A stretch of DNA of 64,000 nt, counting the filler, from Sphacelaria rigidula (Eukaryota): NCBI GenBank assembly GCA_964200075.2. It is 6 parts of 6 records of this genome, joined end to end, with 100 filler letters (N's around TTAATTAATTAA, not from the genome) between each part and the next. Parts side by side here need not be neighbours in the genome. Positions count along the whole stretch, not along the records: positions 53,433 to 64,000 come from CAXNAA020006261.1; 5 more parts are not named here. One strand, 5' to 3'. Positions 59,401 to 64,000 of this stretch are shown here, piece after piece (the stretch's first letter is position 1; each line of letters begins with the position of its first letter). The position numbers were made by a program, and so were the translations under genes. The notes under the pieces are model-generated. The model was not told where the DNA came from, searched no databases, and worked only from the letters and a program-made list of their open reading frames with translations.

Positions 59401-62400
59401 AGCACTCGTGAAAGGTTCCGGCCGTTGTCGAGCAGAAACAGCTCTGGTTTCACCAGCGAGGTTTGACAGCGGAGGAGGCAGTGGGGTCCATCACATGGTG
59501 ATGCATGAAACTAGTAATGGATTCTCGATTGTGATTATCCTTCGTTGTTTGTTTATAACGTTGATTCTCTCCGGAGTTGAGCAAAGGGGGGTGTGCGGCC
59601 ATTTTCGGGCTCGGTTATTCGTTTTCATTCGTACGAACAGAGCACCGAATGAGGACAACATATGCTTTCAACCGAAAATTGACCAAATATGGAAGTCAAA
59701 CGTCGGACCAAAAGCCGGGCGACGTGATGGGCCCGTGCAGTTTAGGTTATCCTCTTGTATGACGAGTCCCGACTGATGGCTTTCTCACACGCCCGTCTCA
59801 TGACAACGGGAGCTGAAGGGCGATCATACGTTGTCTGGGTGTAGTGGTCGTTGTGACGGTTGTACAGATGGGTTATTTACGAAGTTAGACGGCCGACTCG
59901 GCCGACGTGAAGATTCAAAAACAAGTTCTCTACTTGAGATGGGCCGAAATATGCCCTAGCATCGCACTGATTCTACTATTTCGAGGCACTCGCAAAGAGT
60001 TTCGGCCGTTGTCGAGCAGAAACAGCGCTGGTTTCACCAGCGAGGTTTGACAGCGAAGAAGGCAGTGGGATCCAACACATGGTGATGCGTAAAACTAGTG
60101 ATTGATTCTCGATTGTGATTATCGTTCGTTGTTTGCTTAGAACGTTGATTCTCTCCGGAGTTTAGCAAGGGGGGTGTGCGGCCATTTTCGGGCTCGGTTA
60201 TTCGTTTTCATTCGTACGAACCAAGCACCGAATGGAGACAACCTGTGCTTTCAACCAAAACTCGACCAAGTGTGGAAGACGAAAATGGGACCAAAATCCG
60301 GGCAACGTGATGGGCCGGTACAGTTCAGGGTATCCTCTTGTATGACGAGTCCCGACTGATGGCCTTCTCACACGCCCCTCCCATAATTTAGGGCGCTGAA
60401 GGGCGATAATACGTTGTCTCGGTATAGTGGTCGTTGTGACGGTTGTACAGATGGGTTCGTTACGAAGTTAGACGGCAGACTCGGCCGACGTGAGGATTGA
60501 ATAACAAGTTCTCCACTTGAGATGGGCCGAAATATACCCAAGTTTCGCACTCAGTCTACTATTTCGAAGCCCTCGCAAAAGGTTTTGGCCGTCGTCGAGC
60601 CGAAACAGCGCTGGTTTCACCAGCGAGGTTTGACAGTGAAGGAGGCAGTGGGGTCCATCACATGGTGATGCGTAAAACTAGTGATTGATTCTCGATTGTG
60701 ATTATCGTTCGTTGATTGTTTAGAACGTTGATTCTCTCCGGGGTTTAGCAAGGGGGGTGTGCGGCCATTTTCGGGCTCGGTTATCGTCTTCATTCGTACG
60801 AACCGAGCACCGAATGAAGACAACATATGCTTTCAACCGGAAATTGACCAAAAATGGAAGACAAACATCGGACCAAATACGGGCAACGTGATGGGCCCGT
60901 GCAGTTGAGGGTATCCTCTTGTATGACGAGTCCCGACTGATGGCCTTCTCACACGCCCGTCCCATGATAACGGGAGCTGAAGGGCGATCATACGTTGTCT
61001 AGGTATAGTGGTCGTTGTGACGGCTGTACAGATGGGTTCGTTACGAAGTTAGACGGCAGACTCGGCCGACGTGAAGATTGGATAACAAGTTCTTTACTTG
61101 AGATGGGCCGAAATATACCCGAGCATCGCACTGATTGTACTCTTTCGGAGCGCTCGTCGAAGGTTCCTGCCGTTGTCGAGCCGAAACAGCGCTGGTTTCA
61201 CCAGCGAGGTTTGTCAGCGAAGAAGGCAGTGGGGTCCAACACATGGTGATGCGTAAAAGTAGTGATTGATTCTCGATTGTGATTATCGTTCGTTGATTGT
61301 TTAGAACGTTGATTCTCTCCGGAGTTGAGCAAAGGGGGGTGTGCGGCCATTTTCGGGCTCGGTTATCGTTTTCATTCGTACGAACAGAGCACCATATGAA
61401 AACAACATATGCTTTCAACCGGAAATTGACCAAAAATGGGAGACAAAGATCGGACCAAAATCCGGGCAACGTGATGGACCCGTGCAGTTGAGGGTATCCT
61501 CTTGTATGACGAGTCCCGACTGATGGCCTTCTCACACGCCCGTCTCATGAAATAGGGCACTGAAGGGGGATCAAACGTTGTCTGGGTATAGTGGTCGTTG
61601 TGACGGCTGTACAGATGGGTTCGTCACGAAGTTAGACGGCAGACTCGGCCGACGTGAAGATTGGATAACAAGTTCTTTACTTGAGATGGGCCGAAATATG
61701 CCCAAGCATCGCACTGATTGTACTCTTTCGAAGCATTCGTTGGAGGTTTCGGCCGTTGTCGAGCAGAAACAGCGCTGGTTTCACCAGCGAGGTTTGTCAG
61801 CGAAGAAGGCAGTGGGGTCCAACACATGGTGATGCGTAAAAGTAGTGATTGATTCTCGATTGTGATTATCGTTCGTTGATCGTTTAGAACGTTGAGTCTC
61901 TCCGGAGTTTAGCAAGGGGGGTGTGCGGCCATTTTCGGGCTCGGTTATCGTTTTCATTCGTACGAACCGAGCACCGAATGAAGACAACATATGCTTTCAA
62001 CCGGAAATTTACCAGAAATGGAAGACAAAGATCGGACCAAAATCCGGGAAACGTGATGGGCCCGTACAGTTCAGGGTATCCTCTTGTATGACGAGTCCCG
62101 ACTGATGGTCTTCTCACACGCCCGTCCCATGACTTAGGGCGCTGAAGGGCGATCATACGTTGTCTGGGTTTGGTGGTCGTTGTGACGGTTGTACAGATGG
62201 GTTCGTTACGAAGTTAGACGGCAGACTCGGCCGACGTGAAGATTGAATAACAAGTTCTCCACTGGAGATGGTCCGAGATGTACCCAAGCATTGCACTGAT
62301 TCTACTCTTTGGAAGCACTCGTCGAAGGTTTCGGCCGTTGTCGAGCCGAACAGCGTTGGTTTTACCCAAATTAGACGGCAGACTCGGCCGACGTGAAGAT

Positions 62401-64000
62401 TGGATAACAAGTTCTCTCCTTGAGATGGATCGAAATATACCCGAGCATCGCACTGATTCTACTATTTCGAAGCATTCGTCGAAGGTTTCGGCCGTTGTCG
62501 AGCCGAAACAGCGGTGGATTCACAAGCGAGGTTCGTCAGCGAAGAAAGCAGTGGGGTCCAACACATGGTGATGCGTAAAACTAGTGATTGATTCTCGATT
62601 GTGATTATCGTTCGTTGATCGTTTAGAACGTTGAGTCTCTCCGGAGTTTAGCAAGGGGGGTGTGCGGCCATTTTCGGGCTCGGTTACTCGTTTTCATTCG
62701 TACGAACCGAGCACCGAATGAAGACAACATATGCTTTCAACCGAAAATTGACCAGAAATGGGAGACAAAGATCGGACCAAAATCCGGGCAACGTGATGGG
62801 CCCGTGCAGTTGAGGGTATCCTCTTGTATGACGAGTCCCGACTGATGGCCTTCTCACACGCCCGTCCCATGATAACGGGAGCTGAATGGCGATAATACGT
62901 TGTCTCGGTATAATGGTCGTTGTGACGGCTGTACAGATGGGTTCGTTACGAAGTTAGACGGCAGACTCGGCCGACGTGAAGATTGAATAACAAGTTCTCC
63001 ACTTGAGATGGGCCGAAATATACCCGAGAATCGCACTGATTGTACTATTTCGAAGCACTCGCCGGAGGTTTCGGCCGTTGTCGAGCCGTAGCAGCGCTGG
63101 TTTCACCAGCGAGGTTTGACAGCGAAGAAGACAGTGGGGTCCAACACATGGCGATGCGTAAAAGTAGTGATTTATTCTCGATTTTGATCATCGTTCGTTG
63201 ATTGTTTAGAACGTTGATTCTCTCCGGAGTTTAGCAAGGGGGTGTGCGACCATTTTCGGGCTCGGTTATTCGTTTTCATTCGTACGAACCGAGCACCGAA
63301 TGAAGACAACATATGCTTCCAAACAAAAATTGACCAGAAATGGAAGACATAAATCGGACCAAAATCCGGGCAACGTGATGGGCCCGTACAGTTCAGGGTA
63401 TCCTCTTGTATGACGACTCGTGACTGGTGGCCATCTCACACGCCCGTCCCATGACTTAGGGCGCTGAAGGGCGATAATACGTTGTCTGGGTTTGGTGGTC
63501 GTTGTGACGGCTGTACAGATGGGTTCGTCACGAAGTTAGACGGCAGACTCGGCCGACGTGAAGATTGAATTACAAGTTCTTCACTGGAGATGGGCCGAGA
63601 TGTACCCAAGCATTGCACTGATTCTACTCTTTGGAAGCACGCGTCGAAGGTTTCGGCCGTTGTCGAGCCGAACCGCGTTGGTTTTACCGAAGTTAGACGG
63701 CAGACTCGGCCGACGTGAAGATTGAATAACAAGTTCTCCACTTGAGATGGGCCGAAATATACCCGAGCATCGCACTGATTCTTCTATTTCGAAGCATTCG
63801 TCGAAGGTTTCGGCCGTTGTCGAGCCGAAACAGCGGTGGATTCACAAGCGAGGTTCGTCAGCGGAGGAGGCAGTGGGGTCCATCACATGGTGATGCGTAA
63901 AACTAGTGATTGATTCTCGATTGTGATTATCGTTCGTTGTTTGCTTAGAACGTTGATTCTCTCCGGAGTTTAGCAAGGGGGGTGTGCGGCCATTTTCGGG
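53433..64000. repeat. Satellite DNA array, ~19 monomers, with ~582, ~489 and ~740 bp variants
   Basis: Anchor tggtcgttgtgacgg recurs at 54003, 54491, 54978, 55560, 56142, 56724, 57213, 57702, 58191, 58680, 59261, 59845, 60428, 61009, 61592, 62174, 62914, 63496. Confidence 0.97.

Noticed and set aside
53483-63775. Many similar short ORFs, or a possible CRISPR-like array
   Set aside because: The ORFs are translations of satellite monomers. The whole unit repeats with no unique spacers, and the context is eukaryotic with no cas genes.

Overview
Eukaryotic, intron-rich, repeat-dense genomic DNA. The GC-rich exons, long GT-AG introns and TTAGGG repeats fit a stramenopile, probably a brown alga; this is an inference. 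Five assembly gaps each contain an artificial TTAATTAATTAA linker. Three host genes could be reconstructed: (i) a Nup98-Nup96 precursor on + (8 exons seen, 22021-31773), with an unusual HWS motif in place of the HFS autoproteolysis motif; (ii) the 3' half of a RECQL4-type helicase on - (8 exons, 34385-42269); (iii) two exons of an uncharacterised signal-peptide protein on + (43768-47776). The rest is mostly transposon debris: a decayed Copia element with no visible integrase core, an RTE-like LINE 3' fragment, a tRNA-headed SINE candidate, a decayed DUF6589-like ORF and several MITE families. These include a TGT..ACA MITE carrying telomeric TTAGGG repeats, a self-nested piggyBac-like cluster, a Stowaway-like MITE, and a hAT element with a nested TA-target element. 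The last ~10.5 kb is a satellite array with ~582, ~489 and ~740 bp monomer variants.
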